Shown here piece after piece: positions 37,930 to 48,006 of a stretch of 64,000 bases of DNA. Where the stretch lies: positions 320,001-384,000 of the forward strand of contig CAWGMQ010000011.1 of the NCBI GenBank assembly GCA_963823665.1. The letters are read 5' to 3'. A program made the translations under genes and the position numbers. The stretch's first letter is position 1. Every line of letters begins with the position of its first letter. The notes under the pieces were generated by a model. It saw only the letters and a list, made by a program, of their open reading frames with translations. It was not told where the DNA came from and searched no databases. The DNA is from an uncultured Planctomycetota bacterium. GTDB taxonomy: Bacteria; Planctomycetota; Planctomycetia; Isosphaerales; Isosphaeraceae.

Positions 37930-38736
37930 CTATTTCATGCCCAATTGAGAAGCTAACTGGCGCCATTCCGGCACCATTTCCTCCTCCAGTTTTTGGGCAA
38001 GGAATGCGATGTTATCAAACGTCATCGTCAGGTTTTTTTCCGTAGTAAACGGTATGTACATTACTACGATGCCCTCGGCATGCTCCTGCTTTCCAATCGT
38101 CCAGTAAATAAACGGTATTCTCACGCTAAGACGTTGGAGAGCATCGTGCGATACGCGGTCATACATAAAAGTGGAATCGAGACTGTTTCTCCATGTGCCG
38201 AAATCGAATCGGCATTCCAATGTTTCATATTCGGATATTTTCTTATTATATCTATAATTCTTTCCCTTGTAGCCCAATGGCTTGAATCGAGGGCCGATAA
38301 TTTTTTCACGTTTCACGCCTGGTTCTCTATGCAGAATAACAACAGGATAGTTGTGTCCGTCCAGAACGGTGTGAAACTGCGGTTGAGGATTGTAAGGCTT
38401 GTCAGAAGAAAATTCAGATTCCCAAAGCACCCTGTACTTCTCTTGCTGCTTCGTAATAAGGGATTGACTCCGCTCCCGCGTGATATCCGCCTTGATGAAG
38501 GCAGCGGGAAGCGGCTCAAGGTCGGACACGACAACAGCTTCAAGAGGCATGTACCGGATCTCACCGGGACTGTATGGCTCGTGCGCACCAATCCGCAATG
38601 CTTTGACATGGTAGTCCTCAAGGGCATGCGGCAAATGCCGATGAAGGGCCAGGTCATACATATATTCCGTTGCGACCTTCTTCGCTTGACGTTCCGCCTC
38701 TTTCAATGGCGCATCGATAGTTTTATCGTCAGACAA
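37930..38736 (-). CDS. Low-GC hypothetical protein (~268 aa; 300 aa from GTG 38832); candidate immunity protein
   Basis: Long ORF in AT-rich DNA (line 38221-38280 has 18/60 GC). GGAGGAGG lies just upstream of an in-frame TTG at 38736. It is convergent on the RHS gene with a 26-nt gap. No recognisable family. Confidence 0.7.
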   Translation of the reverse strand: MSDDKTIDAPLKEAERQAKKVATEYMYDLALHRHLPHALEDYHVKALRIGAHEPYSPGEIRYMPLEAVVVSDLEPLPAAFIKADITRERSQSLITKQQEKYRVLWESEFSSDKPYNPQPQFHTVLDGHNYPVVILHREPGVKREKIIGPRFKPLGYKGKNYRYNKKISEYETLECRFDFGTWRNSLDSTFMYDRVSHDALQRLSVRIPFIYWTIGKQEHAEGIVVMYIPFTTEKNLTMTFDNIAFLAQKLEEEMVPEWRQLASQLGMK

Positions 38737-39185
38737 TATGCCTCCTCCCGCTCCGCGATGACGCGGTAGAGGGTTGCTATAACTTCCCGCCGTCTCAAAA
38801 TTGGTCAGTTTTGGTACGACGGTGCTGAGCACTTCACCCGATCATCAAATCCGTCCCGACATTATATCCTAGATCCATTTATTGTGTTGCGTCCATGCAA
38901 TTCTGCTCCTTCATAAGACGGGTTTTCCCTGGGAGGCTACTCAGAGCTGATGTCTCAAAAAATCATCATGGCAGCGGACTTGCTGATCGAGTGCGTTGCT
39001 TCATTGCGCTTGGCCAGGTAGAATCTGCCCGCGGAACGGAGATCCCGCTGATTACTATGCGCTTATCCGATGACCGATCCGGGCGCGGATTACGCCCGTC
39101 TCATTCCCGCTTGATTCACGGGAAAGCATTTCCTTTCGGTCGAGATTGAGGCCAATTGACGTATTTTCGAGCCCGAGGGCGTGAT

Positions 39186-39935
39186 ATGAGATTTCGTGGA
39201 AGCAGGCCGCTTGTCATCGCGTTGTTTGCCGTTCTCGCTTCGCTTGTGGTCGTTTCGCCCGCCCGCGCCGACTTGGTCCTGGGCTTTCCTAACGGCCTCA
39301 CGGGCTGGAGCACGTACGGTGATCCCGGCTCGGTGTCGGCCAGCGGTGGCCTGGCCACCATCACCGATAACACGTCTACCCAAGAGACCGACCTTTACAT
39401 AAGCTTCACGGTCCCGACCGGGGGGGCTCAGACCCTGCAATTCACGATCAACTCGGTCTCTGCTGACTCTTCTTATGGTGCATTCTTGGCCCCCTTTTTC
39501 GGGGCCTCGTTCGGGTTAATCACACCAGACCCGACCGGAGTTAACCCGCCTGCGGTCTCCCCGCTGGTCCCGACGGCCTATCCGGACACCGACTCTTTCT
39601 ACACCATGGACGTGGTTACGAACCCCAACCCGGCAATGACGGCGCCGGGGGTTACTGTTTCGTATCCAGCCGGAGTTTTCGCCCAGGTCAGCGTTTACCT
39701 CCCCTCCACTCTGGATGGTCAGTCCGCGGGTGTCCTCTTCCGTCTGAACGGAGGCTCGGACGGAGACATTGGATCATCCGTCACGATCTCCAACGTCTTG
39801 ATTGTCACGGGCGCGGCTGTCCCCGAGCCGTCCTCGATTGTTCCGGGCTTTACCGCCGCAGTCGTCGTGGCCGGCACTCTGGGCGCACTCGCTCGCCGGC
39901 GGGCGGCCGCGAAGAAGCATCGTCTCGCTTCTTGA
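39186..39935 (+). CDS. PEP-CTERM sorting-domain secreted protein
   Basis: Sec signal ending PARA|D; C-terminal AVPEPSSI + hydrophobic helix + RRRAAAKKHR. ATG at 39186 (the ORF track starts at 39156). Confidence 0.85.
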   Translation: MRFRGSRPLVIALFAVLASLVVVSPARADLVLGFPNGLTGWSTYGDPGSVSASGGLATITDNTSTQETDLYISFTVPTGGAQTLQFTINSVSADSSYGAFLAPFFGASFGLITPDPTGVNPPAVSPLVPTAYPDTDSFYTMDVVTNPNPAMTAPGVTVSYPAGVFAQVSVYLPSTLDGQSAGVLFRLNGGSDGDIGSSVTISNVLIVTGAAVPEPSSIVPGFTAAVVVAGTLGALARRRAAAKKHRLAS

Positions 39936-40046
39936 AGCTTGTCGAGAACCTGGGCGCCATGGCGAGTATCTTCGAGCGGGATCATGTCCCCGGGCTTCGT
40001 CAGCCCCTGAAGAGCATTGCACCGGCACGCGATTGAGGTGCGTGGC

Positions 40047-40538
40047 TCACCGGGCGAGCGTCAGTCGCGCCGTGTACGCCCCGGTCTCTCCCTCCATCGA
40101 CGTGGGCCGGCGATTCGGATCCGCGTTTGAAACGTCATTGCCGTACCAGAAGAGCCGCAGGGTCGACCCGTCGCGCTCATAGACTGTTCGAGTGAGGCCA
40201 TCCCAACGGTTGGCCGCCACCGATCCCGGGGCCAGAGGAAAGCGGATATCCATGTGCCTGGGCGCCGGCCGGCCGCTCAGTCGGAAATGTGCTTCCGACC
40301 GTTCCGGATTCCCTGCCAACTCGAACGTGAACGTCATCGCCACGCCGTCGATCACCACCCGATCTTCGGGTGAGACCGGCTCCGCCCGGCCGCCGTTATC
40401 CCGAGACACGATGCGCCAGACGCCGTGCAGGTCAATGCGCTCGGCCGCTTCCGGCAGATAGTGGTGATGCACCACCGCGATGATCGCTGCTATCGTCGCG
40501 GCAAGCAGAGTGATTCCGATCCGGCGAGTGAGCGTCAT
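40047..40538 (-). CDS. TIGR03067-like planctomycete domain protein
   Basis: N-terminal hydrophobic anchor, then LHGVWRIVS...G...V.IDG...F.L...PRHMDI...YE.DG.TLRL...RPTS, the typical pattern of this family. Confidence 0.7.
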   Translation of the reverse strand: MTLTRRIGITLLAATIAAIIAVVHHHYLPEAAERIDLHGVWRIVSRDNGGRAEPVSPEDRVVIDGVAMTFTFELAGNPERSEAHFRLSGRPAPRHMDIRFPLAPGSVAANRWDGLTRTVYERDGSTLRLFWYGNDVSNADPNRRPTSMEGETGAYTARLTLAR

Positions 40539-40795
40539 CTCGCGCTCTCCGCGGTCGCTCTGTCGCGGGCAAGGGCCTCACGCCGCCGGACCTCGAGATG
40601 AAGCTGCTCGAGCGTCGGCGGTTTCTCCGATGCCGTCCGGAAAACGGCGTAGGCCACCGCGAGCACGGGCAAGGCGTACAGGTAGGCCCAGCCAGGCACC
40701 CGCACCCAGTGCGCCACGGGCAAGACGAGAAGAACAAGAGTCCCAATCGCTGCGGCGAATCTTCCGTAAAGCGAGGCTAGAATGCGAATGTTCAT
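40535..40795 (-). CDS. Small membrane protein (2 TM)
   Basis: MNIRILASLYGRFAAAIGTLVLLVL...WAYLYALPVLAVAY. The stop overlaps the next ATG (ATGA coupling). The ORF track's extension to 40996 looks non-coding. Confidence 0.6.
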   Translation of the reverse strand: MNIRILASLYGRFAAAIGTLVLLVLPVAHWVRVPGWAYLYALPVLAVAYAVFRTASEKPPTLEQLHLEVRRREALARDRATAESAR

Positions 40796-41020
40796 CACGC
40801 GCTTCCCGCACGAAACCGAAGCCCGAACCCTGACCATCGCTCGCTCTGGTGGGTCTCGTAGAGTTGTTCGATGTGTGCAGGGTGAATATTGACGACGTCC
40901 GATACGATGTACCACGCTCGGTACGGCCGCCCGGCTTTGCTCAGGCGAATGCTTCGAAGAGATGGCCGTTCGGATCTGGAAAGAACACGCGTCCATGACC
41001 GCCGAGAAAATCGGTGATCT

Positions 41021-44000
41021 TCACGACATCACATGCCGCGGCTTGGGATCCTTGTAGCGCTCAAGCAGGCCGGGGTTGAGGCCATACCCCATCCCCAGCA
41101 GCTTGACCGGGTGCAGCGTGCGCTTGGAGGTTCCCTGTTCCATCTGGATCCGGCAGGCGCCGCATTCGGTGGCTCCGATGTCGATGTCGGGTTCGCGCAG
41201 CCGGGTCATGAGCCCTCTCCCGGCGCGGAGCGAGTTCCAGAAACGCTCGCGCGAGAGCCCGAACGTGCCTCCCATGCCCGAGCAGCCGCGGTTGATGAAC
41301 TCGACGTCGAGCGAGAGCACGTCGCGCAACAGCAGGAGCCCCGGTGTGCCGGCGCCCGTGGCGCGTAAGTGACACGGCTGATGATAGCCCACGCGGGCGT
41401 CGAGCCTCTGGGGCACCTTCGGAAGCTGGCCCCTGGCTTCCAGTCCAAGCAAATACTGCCCCACATCCATCGTGTTCGAGGCGACGAGCTCGGCGTCGAG
41501 GTCTTCCGTCAGCTTGACGTATTCTTGCTGAAGCATGAGCGCGGCCGTGGGCTCGGAGCAAATCACGGTGTAGCCGTCGCGCACTGCATTGGCGAGCAAC
41601 CGCAGGTTGGCCATGGCCGCCTCGCGTGCGTGGTCGATGTCGCCCACCAGGAGCGCGGCCATTCCCGAGCCGCGCTGCGCGCGGGCACGAACACGTTCAC
41701 TTCGGCGTGCCGCAGCACCTTCACGACCGAATCGGCCAGCTCCTGATCGTAATAATTGGCATACACGTCCACGAAATACACGACGCGCGGCCCGCTCAAC
41801 TGGGGCCGGGGTTTGTCGAGCCCGAGCCGCGCCGCTCGCCGGGTGAAGCTCGAGCGCGTCACCCTGGGCAGCACCCTGTGCCGCGAAACGCCCAGCATCC
41901 GCTCCAGCAGCCAGCGCGATGAGCGGCGGGCCAGGAGGAAGTTGGTGATGATCGGGAACCGGCTCGCCAGCCGCGCCCAGAACTCGGTGCGCGAGAAGAC
42001 CCAGTCGTGAGGCGGAAGCCCGTGCATCTCGACATAGGCTGCCTTGGCCTCGAGCATCAGGCTCGAGACGTCCACTGCCGACGGGCACTCACTGCGGCAG
42101 AGCTTGCAATGAATGCACAGGTCGGCGTGCGCCTTGAATTCGTCGGACCCCCATAGCCGCGGATCAAGCCGCCCGGTGGCGATCTCGCGCACCAGGTTTG
42201 CCTGCGACCGGGGCGAGGCCGCCTCGTGCCGCAGGGCGCGGAAGCTCGGGCACATCCGCGCGGTCGGCTCGAGCGAGCGGCAGGTGCCGCAGCCCTGGCA
42301 GTTGGCTGCCGTCTCGACGAGCGACAGCGCCGGCCAGCGCAGGGCCGGCTCGATCACCGGTTCATCCAGCGGCGCGCCGCCTTCGCCCGCGCCCGCCGCC
42401 GATGAGCTCTCTCCCGCGGCCGGCGTGCCGCGGCGAGCTCGACGCGAATCTCGCTGCTCGACCACGAGAGCGGCGTCTGCGGCTCGGCGATCGCCGGCGG
42501 CCGTGCCTGCGGCGCCGGCCAGGGCTTCAAGTCTCGGAGCAGAAGATGAGGATCATCGCCGATCACCTTGCCCGGATTGAGCTGGTCGAGTGGGTCGAAC
42601 GCATCCTTGATCTCGCGGAAGACCTGGGAGAGCTCACCGTACTGCTTGCGCAGAAACTGCGTGCGCGCCAGCCCGCATGCTTGCGCGCCGCTGATCGTGC
42701 CGCCGGCCTCGAGCACGATGTCGTAGACCGCCGTGGCCAGCGGCTCGAGCTTGGCCCGATCGCCGGGGTCGGAAAGATCCAGAAACGGCCGCAGCCGGAG
42801 CCGGCCGTCGCCGGCACAGGCGTCCAGCGTCCACGTGATATTCTGCTGCTGCAACAGGCCTTGAAGCCGCTGAAGCACGACGGCGAGCTGCTCCGGCGGC
42901 ACCGCGACGTCGTCGACGATCGAGACCGGCCGCGCCCGGCCCCGCGACCGCATGAGCAATGGCTCGACCAGTCTCCGCAGGCCCAGGAGGCGATTGCACT
43001 CCGCGGGCTCGAGGGCCCCGACGGGCTCCGAGACCAGCGTTCCAGTCCGCGCAGCGATCTCCCTGACCTGAGCCAGTCGTGCCGAGATCGTGGCCGGCTC
43101 GTCCCCCTCGAATTCCACCGTCAGGATCGCCTCGGCCGATTCGTCGATCCAGCCGCGCAAGAGCAGGTCGGCGTCGCGCGCCAGCGAGAGCGCTCGCCGG
43201 TCGAACAGGTCGCACGATGCAGGATCGAGCCCTCGCCTCAAGATCTGCTCGGCGAAGGCTGCGGCGTCGAGCAGCCCGGAAAACGCCAGGAGCACGACAC
43301 CTCGCGCGGCGGCAAGGGGAACCGTGCGCAGCACGGCTGCAAGCGTGACGGCCAGGGTCCCTTCCGAGCCGGCAAGCAGTCTGCCCAGGTGAATGCCCGT
43401 GTCGCTCGCCGCGCGATGAAGCGCGTAGCCGGCCCGGTTGCGCGCGCGCGAGCAGATCCTCGCCAGCCGGCTTTCACTATTGCGGAAGATCATCTGGAGC
43501 TTGCGAACCACCAGCTCCTTGAAATCGCCCGGATCCGAGTCGTAAGCCGGCCAGGGCTCGAAGCCCACGTCCGCGACCTCGCCCCGCGCAAAGACCACCC
43601 GCAGCCTGTCGACCTGATCGCCCGAGGAACCATGCTTGATCGACCGGGGCCCGGCCGCATCCACGGCGATCATGCCTCCCACCGTCATGACGTCCGAGTT
43701 GTGGGCGACCGGCTCGAGCCGCCGCCCGGTTCGCGCAAGCTGCGCATTGAGCGCGTCCAGCACGACGCCGGCCTCCACCACGACGTGGTCGCCCCCGATC
43801 GAGATCACCCGCCGAAAATGGCGGCTCAAATCGACGATCAGCCCGCGCCCGAGCGCGCCGCCGCCCGAGTCGGTGCCCGCCCCTCGCACATGGACGGCGA
43901 TCCGGTTCTCGGCCGCATACCGCACGACGTTCACCACGTCGTGCTCGCTGCGCGGCAGGACAACTCCCAGCGGATCGATCTCGTAAAGGCTCGAGTCGAT

Positions 44001-44105
44001 CGCGTAAGGAGCCCGGTCCAGGGGCTCGAAGTAAAGCTCCCCCTCGACCAGTCCCCGCAAATCGTCATAGATCCGCGCACGCGGTTCGTCCACGGCGGCA
44101 ATCAT
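41021..44105 (-). CDS. FAD-binding and (Fe-S)-binding oxidoreductase (GlcD/YdiJ-like FAD-linked oxidase fused to a GlpC-like Fe-S/CCG region), split by two indels
   Basis: RGAGTDSGG and GSEGTLA FAD motifs; FDPLDQLNPGK; CQGCGTC and CIHCKLCRSECP 4Fe-4S motifs; YHQPCH and GCSGMGGTFG. Spread over ORFs 42354-44105, 41563-42465 and 41021-42088, with junctions near 42430 and 41680. Confidence 0.85.
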
Positions 44106-44586
44106 CCCTCACGACTGGATTCCCGGATCTGCTCGGCCCGCATTCTCTCCTGCCGGTATCGCTCGCCGATCCCCAGATCAAAGGGCTTGAACTTACCCGG
44201 CGGGTTCGCCCCCTGGCCGCGAAACTGCGAGAGACACCGATAGCAGATCGTGACGTCCGGCACCTGGTAGTACAGCAAGAAATCCAGCGCAATCGAAATA
44301 ATTAAGACAAGATACGTTAAAAGCGGCATTTCATAATACCAGAAGACCGTGCTGATTGCGAAGCCCACGAGCACGATGAAGAGGCCGAGCCCCTTGGGAA
44401 AGTCTTTCTGGATAAAGAGATCGCTCGTCGTGCACAGCGGGCAGAACTGGAGCTCGCCTCCTGCGCAGCCCCCCGGTCGATCGCTCTGGAGGAGCCGCAC
44501 CGCCGGCAGGTTGCTTCCGAGGCAGTCTCGAGCGGCGACACAGAGCCGACCGTGCCACAATTCTTGCAGGAATAGGTCAGCTCCAT
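44102..44586 (-). CDS. Zn-ribbon-containing membrane protein (one indel at ~44460)
   Basis: MELTYSCKNCG...CRRCG joins the other frame GELQFCPLC...QKDFPKGLGL, two TM helices, ICYRC. The stop overlaps the oxidoreductase start. Confidence 0.7.
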
Positions 44587-44717
44587 TTCGCCCCGGGTTG
44601 GCCCCCTTGTTTGATTCTGCGATCGATGACGTCCCGGCTCGACCGCGCCGGGCCTGCACATCGAACGATTGTAATCGTTTCGGGCGCCGGAGATAGATGG
44701 GGCAGGCTTTTCGGATT

Positions 44718-45491
44718 CTAGCAGATCACCCCGTACCGGCCCGAGAGAACGAGCGACATGAGCTCGCCGAAGAGCGCGAAGATCATGGCGATGTAGAGAA
44801 TGCCTGTCGCCGACTGGGTCGAGCGAATCATCGCCGTCTTCCAGGTCATGTAGGTGGCGATCCCCGTGGCCAGGAACCCCATGCCCCACCGCCCGCAGAA
44901 GAGCACCGTCGCCCCGGAATCACTCGCCCAGGAAGCCTGCCCGGCCAACCCCGCGAACAAAAGTGCCAGGCCGACTCCCGCCAGCACGGCGCGTGCCGCG
45001 AGCCCCCCGCGATCGAGCGCGATCGTGCGCTTGAGCGGCTCGATCGTCATCGCCGGCGCGGTCAGGTAGTAGTGTCCCAGGAGCATCGAGCAGAGCACCG
45101 CCCCCAGCAAGAACCCGGAAGCCACGCGGCTCGCTCCGTTATGCAGAAGCAGAAGACCTTCCGCACCGCGCGAAGCCGTCAAAAGCCACAAGATTTCCGC
45201 AACCGCCCCGGTGGCCGCGGTGCCCTCGCCCACGCCCGGCAGCCCCAGCCCCCACGCGATCGATGAGACATAGGCCATCACCCCGCCCGCGACGATGATC
45301 CAGAACGAGATCCCCGTCCCGCTTGCTCGCGCTTGGTCGAGCGCAGCCAAGGCCAGCAAACCCAGGGTGATCTGCTGCTGCGTCCGGAAGAACGGCAGCG
45401 GTACCGTCCGCCACGAGACGAGCACTGTCGCAATCGAAAGGCCCAGCGCCAGCCGGACTGCAAAATCGGCAAGCATCGGTGCGGTCATCAT
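44718..45491 (-). CDS. Conserved polytopic membrane protein with an MLLGHYYL motif
   Basis: About 8 hydrophobic helices; MLLGHYYLTAPAMTIEPL and STQSATGILY motifs. The start codon is uncertain (45476-45518). Confidence 0.75.
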   Translation of the reverse strand: MMTAPMLADFAVRLALGLSIATVLVSWRTVPLPFFRTQQQITLGLLALAALDQARASGTGISFWIIVAGGVMAYVSSIAWGLGLPGVGEGTAATGAVAEILWLLTASRGAEGLLLLHNGASRVASGFLLGAVLCSMLLGHYYLTAPAMTIEPLKRTIALDRGGLAARAVLAGVGLALLFAGLAGQASWASDSGATVLFCGRWGMGFLATGIATYMTWKTAMIRSTQSATGILYIAMIFALFGELMSLVLSGRYGVIC

Positions 45492-45607
45492 TGTCCGGAC
45501 GATGCTCCGGATTCCCAAAAAAGCGGGCTATGGCCAAATGCCATGTGTCATAGTAGCATGTTTCTTTCGGCGCCGACCAAACCCCCCCTCTCAAGAAGGG
45601 CGAATCG

Positions 45608-46708
45608 ATGAGCAGACTTTTGAAACACACCCTCGCATTTGTTGCGTTCGCGGGGCTCACCGCCTCCAGCGCACTGGCGATCGCTGCAGATCGCACGGCA
45701 GACGAAATCCTCAAAGAGCTCGCTACTGTGTCGCCGAAGCTCGACCCAGCCAAGGCACGCGATGCAACCGCCGTCCGCCAGTTCCGGTCGGAAATGCAGA
45801 AGGTACTTCCCAAGCGGCTTGAATTGATTCGCGAGCTGTACAAGGCCGCGCCAGAAAACGAGCAGCTCGTCACCCTGTTGCCGGAACGATGGATGAATCT
45901 GCAATTCACCGGCGCGACACCCGACGCGGGCTATGACGAAGTTGTTGAAGTGCTCGCCCACAACAAGAACGAGAAGCTCAGGCTAGAGGGGTCGTTCCAC
46001 AAGGCTCGCTTCCAGTTGATCAAGGGCAGCGAGAGTGGAAAGCCTGAGCTCACGGCGATGGACGAATTCATCAAGCTCGCACCCAAGGATCCGCGCTCCC
46101 CCAATCTGCTCTACGGCGCAGTAACTCTTACGAAGGACAGCAAGGCCAAGGCCGCGATCGAGGATCGTCTCGTCAAAGAATTTCCGGAGTCGATGTACGC
46201 GGGGATGATCAGCGGCGCTCGTCGCCAGCGCGAGCAGGTCGGCAAACCGTTCGATCTTGAATTCACCGATGCTATCAAGGGCTCGACGGTCTCGATCAAA
46301 GGATTAAAAGGCAAGGTCGTGGTGATTGATTTCTGGGCGACCTGGTGCAACCCCTGCGTCGCCGAGATGCCCAAGATGAAGAAGATTTACGCCGAGTATC
46401 ACGACAAGGGAGTCGAATTCATCGGCGTGAGCCTGGATCAGCCCAAGGATCAGGGCGGCCTGGAGAAGCTCAAGAAGTTCGTCAAGGACAACGAGATCGC
46501 CTGGCCCCAATACTATCAAGGCGATGGCTGGCAGAGCGAGTTCTCCAAGTCATGGGGAATCAACTCGATTCCCTGTATGTTCATCGTCGACCAGGATGGC
46601 AAGCTCGCATCGGTCGAGGCACGCCAGCACATTGAAACGCTTATCCCTGAGTTGCTCAAGAAGAACGCAGCCCCGGCAGGCGCAGGTACCGGCGCCGGCG
46701 GCCAGTAA
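45608..46708 (+). CDS. TlpA/ResA-family disulfide reductase (secreted)
   Basis: Signal peptide, helical N-terminal domain, KGKVVVIDFWATWCNPCVAEMP, FIGVSLD, WGINSIP (cis-Pro). Confidence 0.9.
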   Translation: MSRLLKHTLAFVAFAGLTASSALAIAADRTADEILKELATVSPKLDPAKARDATAVRQFRSEMQKVLPKRLELIRELYKAAPENEQLVTLLPERWMNLQFTGATPDAGYDEVVEVLAHNKNEKLRLEGSFHKARFQLIKGSESGKPELTAMDEFIKLAPKDPRSPNLLYGAVTLTKDSKAKAAIEDRLVKEFPESMYAGMISGARRQREQVGKPFDLEFTDAIKGSTVSIKGLKGKVVVIDFWATWCNPCVAEMPKMKKIYAEYHDKGVEFIGVSLDQPKDQGGLEKLKKFVKDNEIAWPQYYQGDGWQSEFSKSWGINSIPCMFIVDQDGKLASVEARQHIETLIPELLKKNAAPAGAGTGAGGQ

Positions 46709-46747
46709 CGTAAGCGACATTCTCGAAAATAGACGTGCCCGGATCAG

Positions 46748-46787
46748 GCCGGCTGAGCTTCGCGCGTTCAGGCGAAGCTCGGCCGGC
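46748..46787. terminator. 16-bp stem-loop between the two tlpA-like genes
   Basis: gccggctgagcttcgc-gcgttcag-gcgaagctcggccggc (one G-U pair). No clean U-tract follows. Confidence 0.5.
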
Positions 46788-46840
46788 ATCCTGAGTTTTC
46801 AAGAACGAGTTTTTCCTATTCACTCCAAGGCAGGTGCACC

Positions 46841-47917
46841 ATGATGAGAGGCATGACGATTGCTTGCGTGCTCGGTGGGTGTCTCGCCTCGGCGGCTGTG
46901 GCCAGGGGCGCGGATCGCAAACCCGAGCAGATTCTCAAGGACATCGACGCGATCAAGGCGCCGGCGGGCGACTCGGACTCGAACGACAAAAAAGCGGCGG
47001 CCTCCTCCGCCGACGTCAAGAGCCGTGAAGCCGCCCAGAAGCGAGCGAAGTTGATTGCGGAGCTGTACAAGGTCGCGCCCGATCACAAGCGCATTCCCGT
47101 TCTGATGGTGGAGCGCTGGAAGACCCTCGGAACCCCCGAAAAGACGCGGTATGCCGAGTTCGTGACCGAGCTCGACAAAGTATTTACCCATACCAAGGAC
47201 AAACACTTGAAGATTGAGGCCGCCTACCTGCGGGCGACGCTCAAGCTCACGCCGGCGAGTTCCAAGAAGCAGCCTGACGCCTCCGGTGTTGAAGATTTCC
47301 TCAAGCTCGCCCCCAAGGATCCGCGAGCCCAGACCCTGCTTGGAACGGCCATCGAGGTCGTGAAGGACGACAAGAAGAAGGCCGCGCTCGAGGAGCGTCT
47401 GAACAAGGAATACGGCAGCTCCGACCAGGTCGCGATGTTCGGGCCGCACAGCAAGAAAGACTCGATCGGCAAGCCCTTCCATCTCCAGTTCACCAATGCC
47501 ATCGACGACAAACCGATGTCGATGGCGGACTTGAAGGGCAAGGTGGTCGTCATCGACTTCTGGGCGACGTGGTGTGGGCCTTGTGTGGCCGAGATGCCGC
47601 ACATGAAGGAGCTCTACTCCAAGTTCAAAGACCAGGGGGTTGAATTCATTGGCGTGAGCTTGGATCAGCCCAAGGCGCAGGGCGGCCTCGACAAGCTGAA
47701 GAAATTCGTCAAGGACAACGACATCGCCTGGCCGCAGTATTACCAGGGCGACTTCTGGAACAGCAAGTTCTCGAAGTCGTGGGGCATCAACTCGATCCCG
47801 TGCGTCTTCATTGTCGACGCGGATGGAAAACTCTACTCCGTCGAAGCCCGCGGCAAGCTCGAGGAGATGATTCCGCATCTGCTCCAGAAGGCGAAGTCGA
47901 AGGTGGCGCTCAACTGA
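46841..47917 (+). CDS. TlpA/ResA-family disulfide reductase, tandem paralogue
   Basis: Signal peptide; KGKVVVIDFWATWCGPCVAEMP. The C-terminal domain is highly similar to the upstream gene. Confidence 0.9.
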   Translation: MMRGMTIACVLGGCLASAAVARGADRKPEQILKDIDAIKAPAGDSDSNDKKAAASSADVKSREAAQKRAKLIAELYKVAPDHKRIPVLMVERWKTLGTPEKTRYAEFVTELDKVFTHTKDKHLKIEAAYLRATLKLTPASSKKQPDASGVEDFLKLAPKDPRAQTLLGTAIEVVKDDKKKAALEERLNKEYGSSDQVAMFGPHSKKDSIGKPFHLQFTNAIDDKPMSMADLKGKVVVIDFWATWCGPCVAEMPHMKELYSKFKDQGVEFIGVSLDQPKAQGGLDKLKKFVKDNDIAWPQYYQGDFWNSKFSKSWGINSIPCVFIVDADGKLYSVEARGKLEEMIPHLLQKAKSKVALN

Positions 47918-47935
47918 GCTGAGCCGGCCTGGCCA

Positions 47936-47967
47936 GAACGTCGTTGGCCGCGCGGCCAACGACGTTC
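47936..47967. terminator. Perfect 32-bp palindrome between convergent genes (possible bidirectional terminator)
   Basis: gaacgtcgttggccgc|gcggccaacgacgttc is an exact inverted repeat with no spacer, located between the tlpA and folE stop codons. Confidence 0.55.
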
Positions 47968-48006
47968 AAGAGTCGCCTTTTGCTCCGCGAAAGTGCGTTC
48001 TATTGC

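Noticed and set aside
37993..38769. 258-aa plus-strand ORF directly after the RHS gene as a co-directional immunity gene
   Set aside because: It is the antisense of the 37930-38832 ORF, has a TTG start with no RBS, and has an Arg/Leu-rich shadow-like composition. The minus-strand product looks more protein-like, though this ORF is not fully excluded.
42198..44243. 681-aa plus-strand ORF
   Set aside because: Antisense to the clearly recognisable FAD oxidoreductase.
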